A stretch of 64,000 nt of DNA from Anaeramoeba ignava BMAN (taxonomy: Eukaryota > Protista > Anaeramoebae), in assembly GCA_028826165.1 (NCBI GenBank), contig JAPDFW010000058.1, positions 372,001 to 436,000 on the forward strand. The letters are read 5' to 3'. Below, piece by piece: positions 24,601 to 36,749 of the stretch (position 1 is its first letter; every line of letters begins with the position of its first letter). The notes under the pieces are model-generated. The model had not been told where the DNA came from, made no database searches, and saw only the letters and a program-made list of their open reading frames with translations. Position numbers and translations under genes: made by a program.

Positions 24601-25838
24601 AATAATTTTTGAATCTGAAAAAATCTTCAACAATTTAAGATTTTGAATTTCATCTTTTTGTTTGAGAATCTTATCTTTCTTTTCAACTTCTTTCTTCCAT
24701 TTCTCTTCAATTTCCTTTTTTTGTTTGTCATTTTCTGATTTCAATTTTTGATTTTCAGATTCAAATGATTTGATTCTTTTATCTCTTCTTTTAATTTTAT
24801 TATCTTTCTTTTCAACTTCTTTCTTCCATTTCTCTTCAATTTCCTTTTTTTGTTTGTCATTTTCTGATTTCAATTTTTGATTCCATTGTTTTTGTTTTTC
24901 AGTTTTAGATTTCAAATCTTGATTCTCCTTTTCTTTTTCTTTGATTTTCTTTTCTTTTTCTTTAATTTTTGTTTGATTTTCTTGATCTTGAATTTCAAAA
25001 ATAGTTCTTTCAAAATGAATTAAAAAAGAATTTGGAAGAAAAATATCAAATTGTTTTAATTTATCAAAATCTTGTTTTGAAATTGAATCTTTATCAAATA
25101 ATGAAAAAAAAGAATGAAATAATCTTTTCTTTGCATTTATTTTCTGTTTATATTTCCTTAATTTTAATGAATTAACTCTTTTTTCAATCCAATTATTTAA
25201 AAATTGAAAAAAATCAAATTGAAAAATTTCTTTTTTTTCTTGTTTAAATTGAATAAATTTGATAATTTCTTCTTTAGTTAAATTGAATAAATTCTTATTA
25301 TTTTGAATTTGGGAAAAATTTTGATTTATTAATTCAAAACATTTTATTTCAATTTCATTTGAATTTAAATTTCGATTTTGGAATAAAAATTGGAAAAATT
25401 TGAATAATTAATTGAATTTAAAATTTTTGAATAATTTCTTTTCAATAAATTTAATTTAAAATAAATTGAAATTTCCAATAATTGAATAAGATTTTCTTGA
25501 TTCTCAAAAGAAATATTTCCATAATAAATATAACTTAAAATTGATTCCATTTCTTTTTTATTAAATTGATTTAAAGAAATAAAAAGAGATTCTTGCCTTA
25601 ATGATTCATTAAAAAAAGGAGATCTTGAAGATAAAATTGATTTATGAACTTTAATTTCAAAAGGATTTGATTCATTCTCAACAAAAATTGAAAAATCTTT
25701 AAATGAATTTCCATTTAAAAGGTTTGAATAATTTTTAATTAAATTTTTTGTTACTTTTTTTTCTAAATTTTTCTTTTCATTTTGATTTGCATTTTGATTT
25801 GCATTTTCATTTTGGTTATTATTATTATTATTATCCAT
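21620..25838 (-). CDS. BTB-coiled-coil-TLDc protein; exon 1 25838-24138 (homopolymer frameshifts near 25390-25440), last exon 21783-21620, microexon/intron array between
   Basis: N-terminus nearly identical to the 32610 gene. TLDc ...GPSFGG T|GT donor at 24137; acceptor AG at 21785-21784 gives (C)DFLLNSDLQSGYSNFG...YLAGSYNGWIVDELETYFI*. Confidence 0.85.
21784..24137 (-). repeat. 13 tandem ~180-bp units, each a GT...AG intron, separated by twelve 3-nt putative microexons
   Basis: Minus-strand junctions all read aaatAG-NNN-GTaaa; NNN in transcript order = ATT, GGA, ATG x7, GTT, ATT, TTC. Confidence 0.85.
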
Positions 25839-25989
25839 TTTGTTTTTTGTGTTTTTGTTGTATTTTTGTTTGTGTTTTTTAAAAAAAAAAGGAAAAAAAT
25901 GAAAAAAAAATTTAAAAAAAAAATAAATAAAAAAAGTGGATTTTGAAAATAAATAAAAATATAAAAAATAAGAATAAATTTAAATTAAT

Positions 25990-26460
25990 AATTAATTTAA
26001 TTCCTTTTTAAAAATTAATTTTATATTAAATATTTATTATTAAAATCAATTAAAATAGATTTATTTCCTTTTAAAAAATATATTGAAAAATTAAATTGAA
26101 AAAATATTTAAATTTATTAATAGTTTTGATTTAATATTTAATTTAAATTCTTTTTTAGAAATTAATTGAATATTAAATATTTATTATTAAAATTAATTAA
26201 AATAGATTTATTTCCTTTTAAAAAATGAATTGAAAAATTTAATTAAAAAATATCTAAATTTCTTAATAGTTTTAATTTAATATTTAATTTAAATTTTTTT
26301 TAAAATTAATTAAATATTAAATATTTATTATTAAAATAGATTAAAATAGATTAATTTCCCTTTTAAAAAATAAATTGAAAAATTGAATTAAAAAATAATT
26401 AAATTTATTAATAGTTTTGATTTAATATTTAATTTAAATTCTTTTTTAAAATTAATTAAA
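25990..26460. repeat. ~150-bp repeat family, block 3 (divergent promoter region of the BTB-TLDc and A2M-Ubl genes)
   Basis: Same unit as blocks 1 and 2. Confidence 0.85.
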
Positions 26461-26571
26461 AAAAATTCTTAATTTGAAAAAAAAGAAACAAATACATCAT
26501 CAATTAAGAAAAATATTTTAAAAAAATTTATTTTTATTTTCATTTTTTTCATTTTTATTCTTAAAAAAAAA

Positions 26572-29500
26572 ATGCTTTCAATCGAACAAATTTCAACAAC
26601 ACTTCTCAATAGCCAAAGATTTATTCCTTACATTTCACTTGATAAACAATTATATCAACCAGGAGAAAACATTTTCATTCGAGCAGTAGTTTTAAATTCT
26701 TTTACAAACGAACCATTAATTGATCCAAATGTATTAAATCAACTCAAAAATGCAAAAATCAAAATTCAAGATGCAAGAGATCAAACAGTTTTAGAAGAAG
26801 ATTTAAAATTGGATAATATAAAAGAAAGTAGTGTTTATTCATATTGTTGGAAAACTGATGATTCAACAAAAGGAGGAGAATATAAAGTGGTTATTTCTCA
26901 TTTTATTTCTGATCAATTATTTTCATCTGAAAGAAAATTTGTTATTAGACCTTTTAGAATTCCAAGATTGAATAAGAACATTGAATTTCTTAAGCAAAGT
27001 TATTCAGCAAAAGATGAAGTTGAAGCTATTTTATCAGTTCAAAGAGTAGAAGGCGAAAATAATAAATTGGAGGAAATTTCTGTTACTTATCATGCTCAAA
27101 ATGAATCTGATATTTTTAAAACTGAAACAAAAAATCTTGATTCAAAAGGAAAATTATTGATTAAATTTACTTTGCCTTCTCTTATAATTTCTGATGTTGT
27201 TTTGAATTGTATTATTAAGGACGGAGATGTTCAAGAAAATGCAATTAAAAACGTTCCTGTTGTGAATTCAAATTTTGATGTTAGTTTCTTTCCTGAAGGA
27301 GGAAATTTGGTTTATGGAATCAAATCAAGAGTTTATTTTGAAGCAACAAATGATATCAATGAACCAATTGATTTGGAAGCAGAATTAGTTTCTTCAAACA
27401 ATGAAACAGTTAATCAAAATATCATTTTAAAAACTCAACATGAAGGAAGAGGATTTTTTGAATTTACTCCCCAAAATGATAACAAATACTCTTTGAAAGT
27501 TATCAAACCAAAAAAAGATTCTGAATCAAAAATAGAATTATTTAAAATTCTAAAAGAAGGAGTTTCAATGAAAGTTTTAAAACCCTCATTTTCATTTGGA
27601 GAAGAAATTGAGATTGAAATGATTTCTTCTTATTCAGGAAATTTCAAAGTGGGATTATTTAAAAAGGAAATTGAGATTGGACAAGAATTAGTATCAATTT
27701 CAGAAGATCAAAAATACAAACCAATTATTGTTAAAATTTCACCAAAAAATGAAAAATACCAACAAGGAATAATAAGAATAACAATTTACAAAGTTGAACA
27801 AAAAGAAAATCAAAAAATACTAATTATTCCAACAACAGAAAGATTAACATTCATTAAACAAAAAAGAGAGCTTAATTTCAATATTAAACTTAATAAAGAA
27901 TCTTATATTCCAGGTGAAAAAGTTGAAATGATTATTGAAACAAAGGATCAAAACAATGAACCAATTAATTCAATTTGTGGAATAACAGTTACAGATAATT
28001 CAGTTTATGAAATGACTGAAAAAGCTGATCGAAATCCAAATTTATTTTCTATGGTTCATTTAGAAAATGAAGTATTAAAATTTCATGACTCTGAATCCTA
28101 TCTTGATTTTAATGATGAAATTAGTCAAAGTATTTTTTATATTTTTATATTTTTATATTTTTATTTAAAAAATTAATTTATTTTATTATTATTTTTATTA
28201 GAAAAACTTGATCTTTTACTTGGTATTCAAGGATGGAGAAAATTTGTTTTTTCAAATGATTTTGCTCAAATTTCCAAAAATCAAGAGAAAATTTTGAAAG
28301 CTTTTGTAATTCCTGAAAATATTATCAATTTCCATATTAAATATGATCAAGATTCAATTTCTCTTTCTTGTCTTCCACAAACACCTTTAATCAAAATCAA
28401 AGAACTTATTGAAAAAGGATTTGATATTCCAATTTCATCTCAATATCTTTTCAAAGAAAAGAATATCTTTCAGAAAATGATAAATCAATAAATGATTTGA
28501 AAATTGAACAAGATCAAGAACTCAAAGTTTTGGATTCAAGAAAAACTGGAGAGAAAATATTCGTTAATGTTCTTGATATTGATTTAGTTTCATTAGATTA
28601 TAATCAAAACAACAAAATTTCTTCTGTTAAAAAATATTTTGAAGAAAATGAAGGAATGAAACAACAAAATCAAACAATATTTTTCCAAAATGAAAAATTA
28701 GAAGATGATAAAACATTAAATGATTGTGGAATAAAACATGGAGATGTACTTAAAATGGATTCAAGTGAAATTATGATTGAAATTCATTGTTCTAAATTTG
28801 AAACAATGAAAATTTTTATTGATCCAAAAGAAACTATTGGAAAAGTGAAACAAATTATTGAGGAAAAACTAGGATTCTTTCAAATTCAACAAGACCTTTT
28901 TTTCGACAATAAAAATTTAGGAGATGATAAAACTCTTCAAGAAAATAAAGTCAAACATAAATCAAGAATGCTATTTTTCTTAAACGGATCCAAAAATTTA
29001 AAAATGAAAGTTAAAGTTCAACATTTTGAGAAAATTATTGAATATGAAGTTTTTACAAATGAGGGAATCTATAATTTAAAGAAAAAAATTGAAGAAAATT
29101 TCAAAATTCTTTGTGACAAACAAAAATTATTTTATAATCGAAGTGAAATTTACATTTATAATAATTTTCAAACTGAAATTATTCCAAATAATGCAATTAT
29201 ACAATTAATTACAGATGAAGATGAAGATAGGGATTTGAAATTAACTATAAAAAATGATTCCAAAAATGAAGAATATCAAATTGAAACAAAATTTGGAGCA
29301 ACACTTGAAGAATTAAAAGAAATTATTGAAGAAAAAGTAGGGATTGTACAAAACAAACAAATAACTCTCTTAAATGAAAAAGAACTTGATGATTTAGATA
29401 AAAAATTACTTTATTATTTAATCAATAATGGAGATGTTATTCATGTTCAAGAAAATAGAAAACAGAAACCTTATTTTGATATCAATATTCAATCAGTTTC

Positions 29501-32500
29501 AGGAAAAGTTTTTTCATTAAATGTGAAAGAATCAGACAAAATTAGATTTTTGAAAAAACAAATTCAAAAACAATTACAAATTCCTTTTGAAAAACAAATT
29601 CTTTTTTATAAAGGAAAATATTTGAATGATGTATCAACTCTATCATCCGTTTCAATTTTCAAGAAAGATTCAAACAATGTTTTAATTCAAATGGTTGATC
29701 CTAATACAAAAGTTATTGTCAATATTAACATGCCTGGTGATGAAAAAACAGTACATCAAATTGAATGTGAAATTGGAAACACAATTTATGATTTGAAAAA
29801 ATTAATTGAAGAAAAAGGAATTGTTTCAGAATCCTTTGATTTCTATCAACCTTCAAACCATCGACTTTCAGAAAATGAATTATTAGCTTCTTTAGATTAT
29901 TTCTTGGGACAAAAGGAAATGTCTCTTGATTTAGATTATTATTCAGGTTGTGAAAAAATTGAAATTAAAACATTAACAGGAAAAATTTACATTTTTGAAG
30001 TTAATCCAGATACATTAGTTGGAGAGGTTAAACAAAAAATGGAAAACGAAACAAGAATTCCAGCAGAGCAACAGAGATTCGTTTTTAAAGGGAAATTAAT
30101 ACAAAATGAAAAAACTTTAGGGGATTATAGAATTGAAAATGGAGCATTAATTCATATGGTGTTATTATTAAGAGGAGGAGGTGGAGGAGGATATATACAA
30201 CAACCAGTTCGTAAAAATCAAGTAAAAAAAGAAGTCCCACAAATTGCAAAACAAGATGGATTGAAATTAATCAATGATAAAAAACCATTTCATATTGAGA
30301 TTGAACCATTTGCAAGAGTTTATTCTCATAAATTAAACAAAAAAGAAGAAATTCAAGAAAAAGAAAGAAAAGATTTTACAAACACAATTTATTGGAATCC
30401 ATCAATAAAAAATGAAATTGAAATTGAAAATGAAAATGAAAATCAAGTTAAAAAAAGTTCAGATTTTAAAATTGAATTTGAAACAAATGATTCAATTACT
30501 TCATTTAGAGTTTTAATTGATGGATTTACTAATGATGGAATAATCGGAAGTTCAAATTCTTTTGTTTTTGCTTCAAAAAAACCTTTTTATATTGAACCTA
30601 AATTACCACTTGAAATAACTTATAGTGATGAAATTAACTTTCCTGTTTATTTTGTGAATAATTTCCATAATACTTCATTGAAAATTGAAATGAATATTGA
30701 AGCAAAAAATTTGAAATTAAGTGAAAACAAAAAACAATTTGAATTAAAACCAAATGAAAGATTTGCAGAATTTATCAAAGCAACAATTTTAGAAAGTAAA
30801 TCAAATTTAATTTCCAAAAACATTCCAATCAAAATTACAGCAAAATGTATTGATAAACCATTTATTCAAGATTCAATTACAAAGGAATTGAAAGTTGTTC
30901 CAAATGGATTTCCAGATTATTACATTTATTCAGGAATTCTTTCAAACAAAATCAAAAAAATTGAGAATAAATTTACACTTCCTTCAATCATTCCAAAAAG
31001 TTTAACTTTCTCAATTCAACTTTATCCATCAATTCTTGCTAATTTTACAGAATCAATCAAAAGTTTAATTAAAGAACCTTATGGATGTTTTGAACAAACA
31101 TCAAGTGTTCTTTATCCAATGATAATGGCACAAAAATACTTTAAAAAAACAGGATATGATGATTTAGAACTAATTCAAAAAGCAAACACTTTTATTCAAA
31201 AGGGATACAAGAAATTAATATCATATGAATGTAAAAATGGAGGATTTGAATGGTTTGGATCAGATCCAGCACATGAAGCATTAACATCAATGGGAGTTCT
31301 TGAATTTCTTGATTTATCAACAATATTTTCAGTTAATCAAGAAATGCTACAAAGAACAACAAGTTGGTTAATTTCTAGGAAAGATGAAGAATCAAAATCA
31401 TTCAAAAAAAATGCAAGAGCATTAGATTCATTTGGATATGCACCTCAACACACAACAGATGCTTATATCATTTGGTCTTTATCGGAAGGAAAAATTGAAA
31501 CTGAGAAAATTGGAGATATTATTCAAAGACTTTATCAAGAAACACATAAAGAACATGAAAATGATCCATATTATATTGCATTAGTTTCAGCAACAATGTT
31601 CAATACAAATCAAAATGAACAATCATTGGAATTGGGTAAAAAATTAGTTAAATTTCAAGATAAAAAAGAAGGATTTATTTCTGATTCAAAAACATCAATT
31701 ACATCATCAAAAGGATCAAATTTAATCATTGAAACAACATCTTTAGCAATTCTTTGTTGGATAAAACATGGAAAAGAATTCAGTAAGAATATTGCTCATG
31801 CAAGTGAATGGATTTTTTCAAAATGTTCATCAGGAAAATTTGGATCAACTCAATCAACTGTTTTAGCATTAAAAGCTTTATCTGCTTTTGATGATTTTTC
31901 TGATAAAGAACAAAAAGAAGAAATTTTGATTAATTTATCATTTGGAAAAACACAAAAACAAATTGAAATTGGAGAAAAACAAGAAGATTCTCTTGAATTC
32001 AAATTTGGAAATGAAATTTTTGAAAATGAAAAAGAAATTGATTTTGGAATTGAAATGGAAAAAGGAAAAATGATGAGATTTTCAACAAGATTTGATTATT
32101 ACACAGAAAAACCAAAAGATTCAACAAAATGTCCATTATCAATTTCCACAAAATTAAAAGAAGAAAAGATAAAATTAGGAGAAACATCAGAAATTCATGT
32201 TTCTATTGAGAATTTGGAAAATCAAGAATCAGGAATGGTTGTAGCCATTATTGGAATTGCAGGAGGAATTGAAACAAGATTTGAACAATTACAAAATCTT
32301 GTTAAGAAAGGAATTGTTTCTTCATTTGAATTGTTTGGAGCAAGACAAGTTGTTTTTTATTGGAGAGGAATGAATCCAAATCAAAAAATTGAATTTGATA
32401 TTGAAGTACTTGCAACAATTCCAGGAAAATTTAAATCATCTCCATCAAGAGTTTATTTGTATTATGGAGATGAAGAAGATAAGAAATGGATTGAACCTTC

Positions 32501-32522
32501 TTCTATTGAGATTTTCAATTAA
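26572..32522 (+). CDS. Alpha-2-macroglobulin/thioester protein with ~8 tandem Ubl domains in the bait region, ~1959 aa; intron 28130-28201; 1-nt frameshift at ~28457-28460
   Basis: MG motifs YISLDKQLYQPGE, FFPEGGNLV, HEGRG, SYIPGEKV, GITVTDNSV; spliced LDLLLGIQGWRKF; Ubl array ending LLLRGG; RKDFTNTIYWNP; thioester EPYGCFEQTSS (31086-31097); GGFEWFG; FGSTQSTVLALKAL; PSRVYLYY. Confidence 0.9.
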
Positions 32523-32609
32523 TTTTTCAAAAGCAATTTCCAAAATTTTTTTTTTTCATTTTTTCATTTTTTTTCTTTTCAAAAAATCAAAATCAAAAAA
32601 TAAAAGAAA

Positions 32610-34449
32610 ATGAATAATAGCAATAATGATGATAATAATAATAATAACAATAATAACCAAATTCAAAATGCAAATCAAAATGAAAATGAAAATGAAATGA
32701 AAAATTTAGAAAAAAAAGTAACAAAAAATTTAATTAAAGATTATTCAAACCTTTTAAAAGGAAATTCATTTAAAGACTTTTCAATTTTTGTTGAGAATAA
32801 ATCAAATCCTTTTGAAATTAAAGTTCATAAATCAATTTTATCTTCAAGATCTCCTTTTTTTAATGAATCATTAAGGCAAGAATCTCTTTTTATTTCTTTA
32901 AATCAATTTAATAAAAAAGAAATGGAATCAATTTTGAGTTATATTTATTATGGAAATATTTCTTTTGAGAATCAAGAAAATCTTATTCAATTATTGGAAA
33001 TTTCAATTTATTTTAAATTAAATTTATTGAAAGAAATTATTCAAAAAAAAATTTTAAATTCAATTAATTATTCAAATTTTTTCCAATTTTTATTCCAAAA
33101 TCGAAATTTAAATTCAAATGAAATTGAAATAAAATGTTTTGAATTAATAAATCAAAAATTTTCCCAAATTCAAAATAATGAAAATTTATTCAATTTAACT
33201 AAAGAAGAAATTATCAAATTTATTCAATTTAAACAAGAAAAAAAAGAAATTTTTCAATTTGATTTTTTTCAATTTTTAAATAATTGGATTAAAAAAAGAG
33301 TTAATTCATTAAAATTAAGGAAATATGAACACAAAATGAATTCAAAGAAAAGATTATTTCATTCTTTTTTTTCATTATTTGATAAAGATTCAATTTCAAA
33401 ACAAGATTTTGATAAATTAAAACAATTTGATTTTTTTCTTCCAAATTCTTTTTTAATTCATTTTGAAAGAACTATTTTTCAAATTCAAGATCAAGAAAAT
33501 CAAACAAAAATCAAAGAAAAAGAAAAGGAGAATCAAGATTTGAAATCTAAAACTGAAAAACAAAAACAATGGAATCAAAAATTGAAATCAGAAAATGACA
33601 AACAAAAAAAGGAAATTGAAGAGAAATGGAAGAAAGAAGTTGAGAAGAAAGATAAAGAGAATCAAAAATTGAAATTGGGATTTGAAAAAGAAAATAAAAA
33701 AAAAGATAAAATTCTCAAACAAAAAGATGAAGAAATCCAAAATCTTAAACTATCATTTGAGAAAGAAAATCAACAAATCAAAATTGAAAAAAAAATGAAA
33801 CACAATCAAAATGAAGAATCAAATCAAAATGAAAATAAATTATTGAAAATTTTTTCAGATTCAGAAATTATTACAGAAGAAGAATATATTATTAAATTAA
33901 AAGAATGGATAAATGATAATAAATTCTTTTACAGAATGAGATTGGGATTTTCAGCAAAAAAAGATGGATTTGATTGTTTCGAATGGCATAAAAAATGTGA
34001 TAAAAAAGGAAAAACATTAATTATTATCAAAACCAAAGATAATTTTATTTTTGGAGGATTTACTTCAGTTGGATGGACAACTGATAAATCAAAATGGAGT
34101 AACGAAATAAAGCTTTTCAAAGGATCTATTGAAGATCCAAATGCATTTCTTTTTTCATTAAGAAATGATAAAAATGATCGAAAACCAGAGAAATTTCCAA
34201 TTAAAAAAGATGAAGAAGATGATGCAATTATGTATAATTTAGAAAATGGTCCAATATTTGGATATTCCACTGGGTTATATAAAGATGATTTATGGATTTC
34301 TACAGAATTAAAAACTGGATGGACAAATTTTGGTAATTGTTATGAACTTCCTTATGGAATTAAATATGGAACAAAAGAAGCTAAAAGTTATTTAGCTGGT
34401 TCTAAGGATAGTTGGATTGTTGATGAACTTGAAACTTTTTTTCATTTAA
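32610..34449 (+). CDS. BTB-coiled-coil-TLDc protein; true end probably ETFFI* at 34449
   Basis: BTB and TLDc motifs. An extra T in gaaactttttttcatttaa, relative to the paralogs, causes apparent read-through into a microsatellite to 34805. Confidence 0.88.
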
Positions 34450-35195
34450 AAAAATTTTCAAAATCAAATTCAAAATCAAAATCAAAATCAAAATCAAATT
34501 CAAATTCAAAATTAAAATCAAAATCAAAATCCAAATTAAAATCAAATTCAAAAAAAATCAAAATCGAAATCAAATTCAAATTCAAATTCAAATTAAAACC
34601 AAATTCAAAATTAAAATTAAAATTCAAATTCAAAATTAAAATCAAATTCAAAATTAAAATCAAAATCAAAATTAAAATTAAAATCAAATTCAAAATCAAA
34701 TTCAAATTCAAAATCAAAATTAAAATCAAAATCAAAATCAAAATCGAAAATCAAAAATCAAAATCAAAAAAAATCAAAATCAAAAAATTCAAAATCAAAA
34801 ATTAAAATCAAAATCAAAATCAAAATCAAAAATCAAATTCAAAATCAAAATTAAAATCAAATTCAAAATCAAAATTAAAATCAAAATCAAAATCAAAATC
34901 AAAATCAAATTCAAATTCAAAATCAAAATCAAAATTAAAATCAAAATTAAAATCAAAATCAAAATTAAAATCAAAATCAAAATAAATTAAAATCAAAATC
35001 AAAATCAAAATTAAAATTAAAATCAAAATCAAATTCAAATTCAAATTCAAAATCAAAATTAAAATCAAAATCAAAATCAAATTCAAAATCAAAATCAAAA
35101 TCAAAATCAAAATTAAAATTAAAATTAAAATCAAAATCAAAATGAAAATCAAAATCAAAATCAAAATCAAAATCAAATTCAAAATCAAAATTTTT
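34450..35195. repeat. (AAAATC/AAAATT)n intergenic microsatellite
   Basis: Hexamer run seen directly. Confidence 0.9.
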
Positions 35196-35247
35196 TTTTT
35201 CATTTTTTTTTTCATTTTTTTCTTTTCAAAAATTTTTTAAATAAAAA

Positions 35248-36744
35248 ATGGAAAAATATTCACATTTAGGAAAACTTTCAAATGATTTAAAAAATTTATT
35301 TCAAAATCAAAAAGAAAAAGAAAATTATTTTGATTTTGAAATAATTTGTGAACAAAATAAAACTTCATTTAAAACTCATAAATCAATTCTTTCTTCAAGA
35401 AGTGATTATTTTAAATCCCTTTTTAAATCCAAAATGAAAGAATATCAAGAAAATAAATTAATTATAAAAGATGTTTCAAGTTCAATTCTATTTCCAATTT
35501 TGAATTATTTTTATTCAGGAAAAATTAAAATTAATTTAGAAAATGCAATTCAAATTTTAATTTTTTCATCAAAATATTTAATTGATGAATTAATTGAAAT
35601 TTGTTTAAATTTTATCAAAAACCATTTACAATTTGAAACTGTTGTTGATATCCTTAAATTATCTGAATCAATGAATTTCAATCAATTATTGGATTCTTCC
35701 TATAAATTTATTTCTAAAAATTTTGAAAAATTTATCAAAACTCCATTTTTTCTTGAACTTGAAGAAAATCATTTAAATTCAATATTATCAAATGATGAAA
35801 TCTTAATAAATGAATTTGAACTCTTTGAATCAATAATAAAATGGGGAAAACATAAATCAAATATTAATCAAGAAAAAGATAATCAAAAACTCAATAAAGA
35901 AGAAAAAGAAAAAATTCAAGATCAAATTTCAAATGTTATTGAAAAAATAAGATTTATTGATTTTACAAAAAAAGAATTTGAAAAAACTTTGAAAGAAGAA
36001 TTAATTCCAAAACAAATTTCAGAAAAATTAATTCAATTCCAAAAACTTCAAAACCAAGAAAATGAAAAAGAATTAAATCAATTTATTGGGAAAGAGTTAA
36101 AAGAATTTATTGAAAAAGAAAATGAAAATGAAAATTCATTCATTTTCAAACCAAAAATTGGTTTAAGTTGTTCAACAATAATACAAGAAAAAGAACATTT
36201 CAACAAATTAAAAGAATGGATAAATGATAATAAATTCTTTTACAGAATGAGATTGGGATTTTCAGCAAAAAAAGATGGATTTAATTGTTTCGAATGGCAT
36301 AAAAAATGTGATGATCAAGAAGAAACATTAATTATTATCAAAACAAAAGATAATTTTATTTTTGGAGGATTTACTTCAGTTGGATTTATAAGCAATTATG
36401 TACATTGGAGTAAAAATCTTGGAGAAGCTGGATATATTTCAGATGAAAATGCATTTCTTTTTTCATTAAGAAATGATAAAAATGATCGAAAACCAGAGAA
36501 ATTTCCTGTTAAATACTTGAAACATAGAACTGCTCTTTCTTATCAATACGATATTGGTCCAACTTTTGGAAAATTTTCTTCTGATCTTTTTTTGGATGAA
36601 AAATTAAAAACTGGATGGACAAATTTTGGTAATTGTTATGAACTTCCTTATGGAATTAAATATGGAACAAAAGAAGCTGAAGATTATTTAGCTGGTTCTT
36701 ATGATCAATGGGAAGTTGAAGAACTTGAAACTTTTTTCATTTAA
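35248..36744 (+). CDS. BTB/POZ-BACK-TLDc protein
   Basis: Close paralog of the 19267 gene; intact 498-aa ORF. Confidence 0.92.
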   Translation: MEKYSHLGKLSNDLKNLFQNQKEKENYFDFEIICEQNKTSFKTHKSILSSRSDYFKSLFKSKMKEYQENKLIIKDVSSSILFPILNYFYSGKIKINLENAIQILIFSSKYLIDELIEICLNFIKNHLQFETVVDILKLSESMNFNQLLDSSYKFISKNFEKFIKTPFFLELEENHLNSILSNDEILINEFELFESIIKWGKHKSNINQEKDNQKLNKEEKEKIQDQISNVIEKIRFIDFTKKEFEKTLKEELIPKQISEKLIQFQKLQNQENEKELNQFIGKELKEFIEKENENENSFIFKPKIGLSCSTIIQEKEHFNKLKEWINDNKFFYRMRLGFSAKKDGFNCFEWHKKCDDQEETLIIIKTKDNFIFGGFTSVGFISNYVHWSKNLGEAGYISDENAFLFSLRNDKNDRKPEKFPVKYLKHRTALSYQYDIGPTFGKFSSDLFLDEKLKTGWTNFGNCYELPYGIKYGTKEAEDYLAGSYDQWEVEELETFFI

Positions 36745-36749
36745 AAAAA

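Noticed and set aside
28440-28500. Programmed frameshift or pseudogenisation of the A2M gene
   Set aside because: A single missing A in a short A-run, matching other 1-nt homopolymer indels in the window (3445, ~25400, 34440, 38860); a sequencing error is more likely, though unconfirmed.
34450-34805. Lys/Ile/Ser-rich C-terminal extension of the 731-aa ORF
   Set aside because: Caused by one extra T in a homopolymer before the conserved ETFFI* end.
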